Shown piece by piece: positions 41,120 to 50,434 of a stretch of DNA of 64,000 nt; position 1 is the first letter of the stretch; each line of letters starts with the position of its first letter. This DNA comes from a bacterium. GTDB taxonomy: Bacteria > UBA8248. The position numbers and the translations under genes were made by a program. The stretch spans positions 3,712,001 to 3,776,000 of the forward strand of contig OZ241875.1 in the NCBI GenBank assembly GCA_965203325.1. The letters run 5' to 3'. Below the pieces are notes generated by a model that did no database searches, was not told where the DNA came from, and saw only the letters and a list, made by a program, of their open reading frames with translations.

Positions 41120-41668
41120 ATGAGATGGAGCAGGAATCATTTGGCGCGAACCATGCGTCTGGCGGCGATGGCGCTCGCTTTCGTCCTCGTGAGCGCGGGC
41201 ATGGGGGCGGCGGCGCCTTTCGATGAGAACCGTCCCAAGGTGGGGGAGGAGGCGCGTAATTTCGAGATACAGGGCTTCAAGCTCTCCGGACTCAAGGGCA
41301 AGAAGAACTTGGTGATGGTCTTCTATCGGGGTCACTTCTGAGTGATCTGCCAACGGCAACTCGTCGAGTTCCAGAGATTTTCCGAAAAAATTCATCGGCT
41401 GCAGACCGAAATCGTCGCCATCAGCGCGGACAATGCGCTTGAAATGAACAAGACGACGCGGGAGTTGGGCATCCGGTATCTGTTGATTTCGGACCCCAAG
41501 AAGCGAATCATTCAACACTTCGGGGTGCTGCATCCGAGAGAGGGGATCGCCCGGCCCGCCACCATCATCATCGACAAGAGCGGCGTGGTTCGTTACGTTC
41601 ACGTGGGTAAATACCCCAGCGACCGCCCCTCGGTTCAGCAGGTGATGCAGGCCCTCGCTTTCTTGTGA
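41120..41668 (+). CDS. Exported peroxiredoxin-like (AhpC/TSA, thioredoxin fold) selenoprotein (UxxC; TGA 41339-41341 read as Sec), 182 aa
   Basis: Adjacent track ORFs share one frame: LVMVFYRGHF-U-VICQRQL...IVAISAD...LISDP...PATIIIDKSGVVRY; GGAGG SD; signal peptide; SECIS-like hairpin follows. Confidence 0.88.
41342..41375 (+). promoter_or_regulatory. Putative bacterial SECIS element
   Basis: Stem AACTC(41358-41362)/GAGTT(41366-41370), loop GTC starting after 21 nt from the TGA; lower TCTG/CAGA pairing. Confidence 0.7.
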
Positions 41669-41719
41669 GAATGATGCCCGGTATTCCCGCCCCCGCCCGG
41701 AGCGTGATGGAAACCGAAT

Positions 41720-43525
41720 ATGAGGATAAAGGAGCAGGATTCAGCGGGCCGGTTCTTGAGGTTTTCCGTTTGGGCGATGATTCTGTGCCTCACCGCCTTG
41801 AGCGCGTCGGACGCCTCCGCCGCAAGAAAAAAGCGCACTCCGAAAAAACAGGTCACTTCCAAAAAGGGCATTAATTCCAGGGCCGCCTTCCAGGCCCGGG
41901 TGAAACGCGCCGTAAAAAGGCAGTGCGTCCGCCCCGGACGCCTTGGTCTTTATATTCGATCGGTTTCCACATCGCAGACGCTTTATTCCCATAACGCCGC
42001 CACAAGTCGTATACCCGCATCGAACGTCAAACTCTTCACGGCCGCCGCCGCGCTCGCGCGCCTGGGACCGGACTATCGCTTCGCCACCGATTTTTACGCG
42101 AAGGGCAAGGTCCGAGGCGGCGTCGTCCGAGGCGACCTTTATCTCAAGGGTTACGGCGACCCGCTGTTCGTGCATGAAAAGATGCGCGACTTCGTGCGCC
42201 GGCTCAAGCTGCGAGGCGTGAGGCGCATCGAGGGCGACCTTGTGGCGGACGATGCGTTTTTCGACGACAAGAAACATGGGCGCGGGTGGCGCGTGGGCCG
42301 ATCCATCCGGCCCTATCTGGCGCCGCACGGGGCATTGTCCCTGAATTTTGGTTCGGCGAACGTGCTCGTGGCTCCGGGAGATGGGGTCGGCAGGCCTGCC
42401 GTGGTGAACCTCGAGCCGCCTTCGCGCGCGCTTCGCCTCCGGGCGAAGGTGAAGACCTCGCGCAGGAGCTTGAGAATCCGGCTCGGGCGCAGGCGCTCCA
42501 AAGGAAAGGATGTCGTTCAGATCAGCGGCTTGTTTCCGGCAGGGAACAGAATGAAGCTGTACCGGGTCCCCGTCACGGACCCCACCGCCTTCACCGCCGG
42601 GGCAGTCGCCGCCGAAATGGAGAGGCAGGGAATCGCCTTGAAGGGCGGAATCCGGCGGGCCGCCACGCCGCCGGATGCAAAGCTTCTCGCGCGGAACCTC
42701 TCGCCGCCCCTGAGCGAGGTGGTGAGCGGACTCAACAAGTTCAGCAACAATTTCGTGGCCGAGCAGGTTCTCAAGACGATGGGCGCCGAAACGCACGGCG
42801 CGCCGGGTACGGCGGAAAAAGGCCTGCGCGTCGTGCGGGATTTTTTGATCTCCACCGGCGTCTCGGCGAAGGAGATCGCCCTCGCCGATGGTTCGGGCCT
42901 GAGCAGGATGAACCGCTCCTCGCCGCGCGCTCTGGCGACTTTGCTCGAAGCGGCGCACAACGATTTCAGGCTGCGGCCGGAGTTCATGGCGTCGCTGGCC
43001 GTGTTCGGCGTGGACGGGACGGTGAGGAAAAGACGCCGACGCGGGGTCGATTCGCGCCGGGTGCGGGTGAAGACGGGCGTGTTGAACGGCGTGCGCGCCT
43101 TTAGCGGATATGCGGCCGCCGCAAACGGGGAAATTCTCGCTTTCTCTATTCTCATGAACGGAAACGCCTGCCGGCCCAAAAGCCTGACGGGCGAGGTGGT
43201 TCGCTCGATGGTTTCATTGAAGCGGAGCTTTTCGAATCCCGTGAACACTCATCTCAGGGGGGCTCGCGAGATAATGGCGCGCTCCATGCCGAAGCCTTCC
43301 ATCAGGGACGGATGGCGAAGGCGCTCCTCTCCGCGCCCGGGCCCGGTCGGAGAGGGTGATTTAGATTTAGAGGTCCTGGGTCCGGGGATCGTCCCGCTCG
43401 CCGAATCGCCCCTGGATGATTCCCCCGCCGAATTGTCCTTGGAGGATTCCGAAGAAGCAGCCCCGGCGGAAGGAGGCGCCGCATGGCCCTCGAAGAGCGA
43501 CCCGGGCGGGCGTAGCCGTGAGTGA
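41720..43525 (+). CDS. dacB: D-Ala-D-Ala carboxypeptidase/endopeptidase (PBP4, peptidase S13)
   Basis: PASNVK (SxxK), SNN, DGSGLSR and KTG motifs. Confidence 0.93.
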   Translation: MRIKEQDSAGRFLRFSVWAMILCLTALSASDASAARKKRTPKKQVTSKKGINSRAAFQARVKRAVKRQCVRPGRLGLYIRSVSTSQTLYSHNAATSRIPASNVKLFTAAAALARLGPDYRFATDFYAKGKVRGGVVRGDLYLKGYGDPLFVHEKMRDFVRRLKLRGVRRIEGDLVADDAFFDDKKHGRGWRVGRSIRPYLAPHGALSLNFGSANVLVAPGDGVGRPAVVNLEPPSRALRLRAKVKTSRRSLRIRLGRRRSKGKDVVQISGLFPAGNRMKLYRVPVTDPTAFTAGAVAAEMERQGIALKGGIRRAATPPDAKLLARNLSPPLSEVVSGLNKFSNNFVAEQVLKTMGAETHGAPGTAEKGLRVVRDFLISTGVSAKEIALADGSGLSRMNRSSPRALATLLEAAHNDFRLRPEFMASLAVFGVDGTVRKRRRRGVDSRRVRVKTGVLNGVRAFSGYAAAANGEILAFSILMNGNACRPKSLTGEVVRSMVSLKRSFSNPVNTHLRGAREIMARSMPKPSIRDGWRRRSSPRPGPVGEGDLDLEVLGPGIVPLAESPLDDSPAELSLEDSEEAAPAEGGAAWPSKSDPGGRSRE

Positions 43526-43604
43526 TAAATGAGGGATGCGCTTGTTCGGAGCCGATTCTCCAGGTGCTGCGCCTGCGGGCGGCGCAGGGGAGCATGAAGG
43601 GCCG

Positions 43605-45395
43605 ATGAGCGATTCCACAGGCCCGCTCGCCTTTCCCCGCAAGTGGACACTGCGTCCCGTCGATGAAGAATCCGCCGAAAAACTTTCCCGGGAATTGAAC
43701 GTCCCCCCCCTTCTGGGGAGGCTCCTCGCGCAAAAGGGAATCCGGCACCCCGATGAGGCGCGCAAGTTCCTGGACGCTCCCCTGGCGGGGCTGCACGATC
43801 CGTTTCTGATGAAAGGGATGGAAGACGCCGTTTCCCACCTCCTGGGGTGGATAAGAAACCGCCGCCCCGTCGGCGTTTATGGGGATTACGACGTGGACGG
43901 CATCTCCGCCACGGCGCTCCTTTGCCGGTTTTTCTCCCAGGTGGGCGTCAGGGTTCCCTACTACATTCCGAGCCGTCTGGATGAGGGGTACGGCCTGCAC
44001 CGCAAGGGTCTGGAAAAGCTCAAGGAAGCGGGTTGCGATACGGTGGTGACGGTTGATTGCGGGATCAGCGCGCACGCCGCCGCAAAAGAAGCCGAGGAGA
44101 TGGGCGTTTGCCTCATCATCACCGATCATCATCGCCCGCCCGATGAGTTGCCGCCCGCCCGGGCCGTCCTGAATCCCCGCCAGACGGGTTGTGAATACCC
44201 CTTTCGGGGTCTCAGCGGGGTCGGGGTCGCGTTCAAGCTCATCACCGCAATCCGGAGACGCTTGCATGAGGACGGATTCGGGGTGCCGCTCCCGAACCTC
44301 AAACAGCACCTCGACCTGGTGGCGTTGGGCACGGTAGCCGACGTGGTTCCCCTGCGGGATGAGAATCACATTTTCGTGCGCCACGGGCTTGGGATTCTCT
44401 CCCCGCCCGAAGTGGCCGAGGGCGGGTTCGAGACCCTGGATCGCCGCAAGGCGGGTGTCCGCGCCTTGCAAGCGGCTGCGAACCTCAAAGCCGGCACGCT
44501 CAACGTCGGGCACATCTCCTTTTTGATAGCGCCGAGGCTCAACGCGGCGGGGCGGGTGGGGGAGGCCTCCTTGGGCGTCGAGCTTCTCACCGCCGATGAC
44601 GAGGGCGAGGCGCGCTCGCGCGCGGAGGTGCTCGAGGAGTGGAACCGGCAGCGTCAGAATCTGCAGCAGCAAGCATGGGAGGAGGCGATGGCCATGATGA
44701 ACTCGTCGGGAGCGGCCGCTCGTGATGACGCCATCGTTCTCGCGAGCGGCAAGTGGCATCCCGGCGTGGTGGGCATCGTGGCCGCGAAGCTCGCGGAGGA
44801 GTATCACCAGCCCTCGGTTCTCATCCACTTAAAAGACGGGGTGGGGAAGGGCTCGGTTCGCTCCGCCATGGGTCTTCACGTATATGATGCGCTCGCGCAT
44901 TGTTCGGACCTTTTGATCCAGTTCGGCGGGCACAAGGGCGCCGCGGGCCTCAAGGTGGCGGAGGAGAAGATAGACGCCTTCAGGGAGCGTTTCCGGGAGG
45001 TGATTCGCGGGATGAAGAAATCCGGAGACGATGAGCGTGAACTCTTGCTCGACGCCCGCGTCGATTTTTCCGAAATGGACGCGCCGCTCCTCGAACGACT
45101 CGAAGAAATGGCGCCCTTCGGAGAGGAGAACCCGCGGCCCGTGTTCTGCGCCTCACGTGTCGAGGTGGCCGGAAGTCCCGGCGCCGTGGGCCGCGAGGGC
45201 GAGCACCTGAAGCTGAACTTGCGGCAGTTCCGCGAGGAGAGAGAAGCCATCGGCTTCGGCATGGGGGGGCTGCTCAAGGAGCCGGAGCGTTTGAGGGGCA
45301 GGCTCGACGTGGCGTTTTCCCCCGGCCTGAACCGCTGGCGCGGCAAGACCACGGTGCAGCTTGAACTGCGCGCCATCCGCCCGGCGGAAGTCTAG
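43605..45395 (+). CDS. recJ: ssDNA-specific exonuclease RecJ
   Basis: GDYDVDG, TDHH, GTVADVVPL, PRLNAAGR and GGHKGAAG motifs. Confidence 0.96.
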   Translation: MSDSTGPLAFPRKWTLRPVDEESAEKLSRELNVPPLLGRLLAQKGIRHPDEARKFLDAPLAGLHDPFLMKGMEDAVSHLLGWIRNRRPVGVYGDYDVDGISATALLCRFFSQVGVRVPYYIPSRLDEGYGLHRKGLEKLKEAGCDTVVTVDCGISAHAAAKEAEEMGVCLIITDHHRPPDELPPARAVLNPRQTGCEYPFRGLSGVGVAFKLITAIRRRLHEDGFGVPLPNLKQHLDLVALGTVADVVPLRDENHIFVRHGLGILSPPEVAEGGFETLDRRKAGVRALQAAANLKAGTLNVGHISFLIAPRLNAAGRVGEASLGVELLTADDEGEARSRAEVLEEWNRQRQNLQQQAWEEAMAMMNSSGAAARDDAIVLASGKWHPGVVGIVAAKLAEEYHQPSVLIHLKDGVGKGSVRSAMGLHVYDALAHCSDLLIQFGGHKGAAGLKVAEEKIDAFRERFREVIRGMKKSGDDERELLLDARVDFSEMDAPLLERLEEMAPFGEENPRPVFCASRVEVAGSPGAVGREGEHLKLNLRQFREEREAIGFGMGGLLKEPERLRGRLDVAFSPGLNRWRGKTTVQLELRAIRPAEV

Positions 45396-46552
45396 CCGAA
45401 CAGGGTTTCGAGAGACTCCCTGTCGTCGGGCTTCATCGAGAATTCGCTCAAATCATCGAGCTTCAGGTTTTTCGATAACATCATGACCTTGATGGCCCCG
45501 CCCAGACCCGTGGGGCCCATGATGCCCATGACGGACTGGCGTTCGCGCCTCGTCTTTTCATCGTCCTCGCCCGCCGCTTTTTCCAGCGCCTGTGAGAGGC
45601 CGGCGCCCAGGAGAAAGTGCGCCTGATCGGTGAAGCCCGCGAGTTTCATTCCGTGAGTGGCGGCCGCTCGCAGAATGGAAGTGAAGTCGACGTGGGTAGT
45701 GAGGTCGGTCTCCCCGGGATGTGAGAGAACGTCGTTCACGAGGGTGTGGTTCCTGTAGCCGCGGAGCGCGCCGTCGGGGCGGGTGGGGCTGTATAGGGCG
45801 CGCGCGGAGAAGCCGTAGTCGAAGATCAGGACCGCGCCCCGCTCCATCCGGCGCGCCACTTCGTTCACCCAATCGAAGGCGCACAGGTTCACCTCCGCCA
45901 TTTGGCCCCTGGAAAGTCGAATTTCCAAATCGGAGAACCAGTCTCGTAGGCGCTCATCCGAGGGCGGGCCTTCGCAAAACTGAAGCCTCTCGCCGCGCTG
46001 CGCCACGTATTTCTCTTGTAGATGTCTTTCTTTCTGGATGAGGGCGTGGACGGGCAGGGCGTCCAGGAACTCATGGGCGAGTACGACGCCCTCGAAGCCT
46101 GCGGGCGGATATAGGGAAGCGTCGGCGAATCGAATCTCATCGGAGACCTGGAATTTCTCCCGTATCCGCTTTCTCGCCTGTGCGCTTTGTTCGGCGAACG
46201 TATATGCGATGGCCCGGTGGAGGGCCGCAAGGGATGAGCGAGTCGCCTCGAGGATGTCGAAGGCGAGCCATCCCTCCCCCGGGCCGTATTCCCAAACGGG
46301 AAGCGAGGGCGGCTCATCCATGCTTCTCCGGATTTTCTCGAGTAGCGGCGCGATCATCCGTCCGAGCCAGGGGCTCTGGTGGGGAGAGGTGTAGAAATCC
46401 CCGTCAGGACCGATTCGCGAACTTTCCCGGCAATAGTAACCGCCCTGCGGGTGATAGAGGGCGATTTCCATGAAGTGCCGAAAGGGAATGGGGCCGTCTT
46501 CGAGCGCATTCGCCAATGCTTTTGAGAGGTCAGGATGAGAGGCGATGTTCAT
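45392..46552 (-). CDS. SAM-dependent methyltransferase, MidA/NDUFAF7 family
   Basis: FMEIALYHPQGGYY, GDFYTSP, EFLDALP, FDYG and DLTTHVDF motifs. Confidence 0.92.
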   Translation of the reverse strand: MNIASHPDLSKALANALEDGPIPFRHFMEIALYHPQGGYYCRESSRIGPDGDFYTSPHQSPWLGRMIAPLLEKIRRSMDEPPSLPVWEYGPGEGWLAFDILEATRSSLAALHRAIAYTFAEQSAQARKRIREKFQVSDEIRFADASLYPPAGFEGVVLAHEFLDALPVHALIQKERHLQEKYVAQRGERLQFCEGPPSDERLRDWFSDLEIRLSRGQMAEVNLCAFDWVNEVARRMERGAVLIFDYGFSARALYSPTRPDGALRGYRNHTLVNDVLSHPGETDLTTHVDFTSILRAAATHGMKLAGFTDQAHFLLGAGLSQALEKAAGEDDEKTRRERQSVMGIMGPTGLGGAIKVMMLSKNLKLDDLSEFSMKPDDRESLETLFG

Positions 46553-46685
46553 GGCGCAGAGTATACACTCGGAGAAGACGGGCAAGAAGTGCGAGCCGGC
46601 CGGCGCATCCCCTTGATTCCGCCGGTTGTAATATCTATCATCCGGGGAGAGAGGACTGATTGCAGCATCAAGAGTGAGGAATCGC

Positions 46686-46937
46686 ATGAAAGTTCGCGTG
46701 AAATGCTTCGCCTGGGCCAAGGAGGTGACGGGCGAGGACGAAATCGACCTGGAAGTGCCCGAGAGCGCCACGGTGGCCGATTTGAGAGATAGCCTCGCCG
46801 AGCGGTTTCCGGTTTTTTCCGGACGCATGGAGTCCATCGCGGTCTCCGTCAATCAGGAGTTCGCGGGCGAGGGCACGCCCGTGGATGCGGGCGATGAACT
46901 GGCGTTGATTCCACCCATCAGCGGAGGTTGCGCATGA
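46686..46937 (+). CDS. moaD: Molybdopterin synthase sulfur carrier with C-terminal GG-CA extension
   Basis: Beta-grasp pattern, VNQE...GDELALIPPISGG(CA). Confidence 0.92.
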   Translation: MKVRVKCFAWAKEVTGEDEIDLEVPESATVADLRDSLAERFPVFSGRMESIAVSVNQEFAGEGTPVDAGDELALIPPISGGCA

Positions 46938-47395
46938 TTTGCCGCATCACCGATTCTGCCATCGACATGGACGAGTTGACGGAGAGCCTCGATTCCCCTG
47001 AGCTGGGCGGGCTGTGCACGTTCGTCGGCAAGGTCCGCAACCACAGCGCGGGGCAGGGGGTGACGCATCTCGAATACCACGCCTACCCCGAGATGGCGGA
47101 GAAGAAGATGCGCCAGGTGGCCGAGGAGATCGAGGAGCGCTTCGGCGTCGCGCATCTGGCGATGGCCCACCGGGTGGGAACCCTTGCCATCGGCGATATC
47201 GCGGTGGGCATCGCGGCGGCCTCCGCCCACCGGGACGCGGCCTTCAAGGCGTGCCGCTACGCGATCGACCGCATCAAGCAGATCGTGCCGATATGGAAGA
47301 AGGAATACGGCGAAGACGGCGTGGCATGGGTCGAGGGCTGCGCGGTGGACGCGGAAACAGCGGAACCTCAGAAAGCGCAAAACGAGCGCGTTTGA
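46934..47395 (+). CDS. moaE: Molybdopterin synthase catalytic subunit
   Basis: FVGKVRNH, LEYHAY, HRVG and VPIWKKE motifs. Confidence 0.95.
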   Translation: MICRITDSAIDMDELTESLDSPELGGLCTFVGKVRNHSAGQGVTHLEYHAYPEMAEKKMRQVAEEIEERFGVAHLAMAHRVGTLAIGDIAVGIAAASAHRDAAFKACRYAIDRIKQIVPIWKKEYGEDGVAWVEGCAVDAETAEPQKAQNERV

Positions 47396-47611
47396 CTTTT
47401 TTTCCCCTCAAGCTAGAATTTACCTCATCCTCTAATGAATCGCGCCGCCCGGCGGCGGCGTTTGGTGTCTTTGACGTATTTTTGTTTCATTTCTTTAACT
47501 GAATACGCACATATAGAACTTCGTTTCATCCTGCTTTGGAAACATTTGAAGAAAGGGCGGATTTTCCGCCGTGAGATTAGATGTTTTTCCCACCTGAAAG
47601 GAGGATAGAAA

Positions 47612-48805
47612 ATGAAAGCAGCTCGCATCTTCATTGCAATCGCATTTGTGGTGACGACGGCGTTCTTCGCCAGCCCGGCACTGGCGGCGGACGAAATCCA
47701 CATGGGCGGAGCCATCTCCCAGACGGGCCGTTATGCGGAGCCGGCCGGCAGGTTCGTGAACGCCTACAAGTTGTTCATCGATCAGCTGAACGCCAAGGGT
47801 GGTCTGCTGGGAAAGAAGATTAAAGTCACTCTCCTGGACGACAAATCGGACAAGCAGACGAGTATCAAGCTCTACGAGAAGCTCATCACGCAGGACAAGG
47901 TCGATATCACGCTCGGCCCCTATTCGAGCGGCATCACCGACGCCGTGGCCAACGTGCTGGAACGGTACAAGTACCCCACGCTGGCGCCGGGCGCCTCCTC
48001 CGGCATCATCTGGAAGAAGGGCAGAAAATACCTGTTCAACCAGAACGCCATCGCCCAGAACTATCAAAGGGGCGCCGTATTTCTCGCCAAGGACATCGGG
48101 GTGAAGCGAATCGCCATCGTCGGCGAGGACAGCCTCTTCCCCAGGCAGTCGGCCGAGGGCGCCGTTCATTGGGCGAAGCATCTCGGCATCGAGGTGGTGC
48201 TGAACGAGAACTATCCGCGCAAACAGACCGACTTCACCGCGCTGCTTCAGAAAATCAAGGCGCGCCGCGCGGATGCGCTTATCTCGAACAGCTATTTTGC
48301 GGATGCCGTGGCCCAGATTCGCCAGCTCAGAGAGCTCAACATCAACCTCAAGATTTTCGCCGGAACCGTCGGCCCCGGCCTGCCCAAGTTCGCCAAGCAG
48401 CTCGGCAACACGGCGGAATACGTGCTGGGCTTCAGCCAGTGGGAGCCCCGGCCCGAGATTCTGAAGTTCCCGGGCATGGAGCATTTCATCGACTCCTACG
48501 TAAAGCGTCACAAAGTGAAGCCGAACTACCACGCCGGAATCGCCTGGGTATCGATGCAGGTTATGACCCAGGCGATAAAGAAGGCGGGTTCTCATGATCG
48601 CCAGAAGGTCTGGAAGACGCTTCGCACCTCGCAGTTCCAGACCATCATGGGAAAATGGAAGGTCGATGAGAACAACCTGAACGATCATGACGGCCTGACC
48701 TTCCAGATTCTCGACGGCCAGCGCAAGATCGTCTGGCCGAAGGAGATCGCGGAAGTCCCCTACAAGCTGCCGATGCCCAAGTGGAAGGACAGGGCCAAGA
48801 ACTAG
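47612..48805 (+). CDS. Branched-chain amino acid-type ABC substrate-binding protein, paralog 1
   Basis: Signal peptide, SQTGRYA, DDKSD and GPYSS motifs; upstream of livHMGF. Confidence 0.92.
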   Translation: MKAARIFIAIAFVVTTAFFASPALAADEIHMGGAISQTGRYAEPAGRFVNAYKLFIDQLNAKGGLLGKKIKVTLLDDKSDKQTSIKLYEKLITQDKVDITLGPYSSGITDAVANVLERYKYPTLAPGASSGIIWKKGRKYLFNQNAIAQNYQRGAVFLAKDIGVKRIAIVGEDSLFPRQSAEGAVHWAKHLGIEVVLNENYPRKQTDFTALLQKIKARRADALISNSYFADAVAQIRQLRELNINLKIFAGTVGPGLPKFAKQLGNTAEYVLGFSQWEPRPEILKFPGMEHFIDSYVKRHKVKPNYHAGIAWVSMQVMTQAIKKAGSHDRQKVWKTLRTSQFQTIMGKWKVDENNLNDHDGLTFQILDGQRKIVWPKEIAEVPYKLPMPKWKDRAKN

Positions 48806-48899
48806 GAAGTCGGCTTGTATGGCGAAGGTTGTTCAACTGCAGTGCGTCGTATTGTGATGGCGGCGCAACCTTTGAACTTCCATAAGAGGAGTATAGGAG

Positions 48900-50096
48900 A
48901 TGAAGAAAAGCCTTGTTTTGGTTCTCGGCTTTGTTCTCGCCCTCACGGCTGCTCCCTTCGTGGAGAAAAGCCACGCGAAGGACAAGGTCACACTGGGGAT
49001 CGCCATTTCGCAGACGGGCCGTTACGCCGAGCCCGCCGGACGTATGGTGAACTCCTACCATCTGTATGTGGATCAGATGAACGCCAAGGGTGGTTGGCTC
49101 GGCAAGAAAATCGATATGATCATCCTGGACGACAAATCGGACAAGCAGACGAGCATCAAGCTCTACGAGAAGCTGATCACGCAGGACAAGGTGGACCTGA
49201 CCATGGGCCCCTACTCCAGCGGCATCACCGACGCCGTGGCCAACGTGCTGGAAAGATACAAGTACCCCACGCTGGCGCCGGGCGCCGCCTCGGGCATCAT
49301 CTGGAAGAAGGGCCGCAAGTATCTCTTCGACATCATCGCCGTCGCCCAGGACTACCAGAAGGGCGCGCTCCACATCGCCAAGGACATCGGGGTGAAGCGT
49401 ATCGCCATCATCGGCGAGGACAGCCTCTTCCCGCGCCAGTCGGCGGAAGGCGCCGTGGAGTGGGCGAAGAAGCTCGGCCTCAAGGTGGTGTTGAACGAGA
49501 ACTATCCACGCAAGCAGACCGACTTCACCGCGCTGCTTCAGAAGATCAAGGCGCGCCGCGCGGAGGCGCTCATCTCGAACAGCTACTTCGCGGACGCCGC
49601 GGCGCAGATTCGCCAGCTTAGAGAGCTCAACATCAACATGAAGATCTTCGCCGGAACCGTCGGCCCGGGCCTGCCCAAGTTCGCGAAGCAGCTCGGCAAC
49701 ACGGCGGAGTACGTTCTGGGCTTCAGCCAGTGGGAGCCCAAGCCGGAAATCCTCAAGCGGCCCGGCATGAGGGCTTTCATCGCGGCGTATAAGAAGCGCT
49801 ACGGCGTGGATCCGAACTACCATGCGGGTCAGTCTTATGCGTCCATGCAGGTTTTCGGCGAAGCGGTAAAACGAGCCGGCTCCATTGACAGGGACAAGGT
49901 ATGGAGGACGATGCGCACCATGAGCACCACGACCATCATCGGTCCCTGGAAAGTGGACGATACCAACATGAACAATCACGAGGGCTTGACCTTCCAGATT
50001 CTCGACGGCCAGCGCAAGATCGTGTGGCCCAAGAAGATATCGGAAGTGCCCTACAAGCTGCCGATGCCCAAATGGAAGGAAAGGGCCAAGAACTAG
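48900..50096 (+). CDS. Branched-chain amino acid-type ABC substrate-binding protein, paralog 2
   Basis: Highly similar to paralogs 1 and 3. Confidence 0.92.
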   Translation: MKKSLVLVLGFVLALTAAPFVEKSHAKDKVTLGIAISQTGRYAEPAGRMVNSYHLYVDQMNAKGGWLGKKIDMIILDDKSDKQTSIKLYEKLITQDKVDLTMGPYSSGITDAVANVLERYKYPTLAPGAASGIIWKKGRKYLFDIIAVAQDYQKGALHIAKDIGVKRIAIIGEDSLFPRQSAEGAVEWAKKLGLKVVLNENYPRKQTDFTALLQKIKARRAEALISNSYFADAAAQIRQLRELNINMKIFAGTVGPGLPKFAKQLGNTAEYVLGFSQWEPKPEILKRPGMRAFIAAYKKRYGVDPNYHAGQSYASMQVFGEAVKRAGSIDRDKVWRTMRTMSTTTIIGPWKVDDTNMNNHEGLTFQILDGQRKIVWPKKISEVPYKLPMPKWKERAKN

Positions 50097-50142
50097 GGCG
50101 GCTTAAGGGATAAGAACCGGTTTTCCTGCGTAATCGCATGAT

Positions 50143-50174
50143 CCCGCCCCGCGCCCGGTTTCGCGTGGGGCGGG
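50143..50174 (+). terminator. GC-rich hairpin, probable terminator
   Basis: CCCGCCCCGCG...CGCGTGGGGCGGG followed by ATTT. Confidence 0.5.
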
Positions 50175-50233
50175 ATTTGCGCCGGGGCGAAAACTATTTG
50201 AGGGTTGTTCGCAAATTCTTTGTAAAACACCCT

Positions 50234-50292
50234 TTGACATATGAAACAATATGCGTATCATATCGCACCTATTGATAGCTTAAATGCGTATC
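50234..50292 (+). promoter_or_regulatory. Sigma70-type promoter with operator-like repeats upstream of paralog 3
   Basis: TTGACA-16 nt-TATCAT; ATGCGTATC repeated at 50251 and 50284. Confidence 0.55.
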
Positions 50293-50434
50293 CGGAACTT
50301 CGAGAAGTAGAATTTTCTCGCGAAGGAATAGTCTGAATTACCGCGATGTCGCCGTTATTTTACGAGCAGCAATTTCATCTTGTTTTCTGTTGTAAGGCAG
50401 TTTGTTTTTGTTTCCATCAAAGGAGTGTAAAGAA

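Noticed and set aside
46929..46937. Sec read-through or in-frame MoaD-MoaE fusion
   Set aside because: moaE is in a different frame (ATGA overlap with its own GGAGG SD), and no SECIS-like hairpin follows
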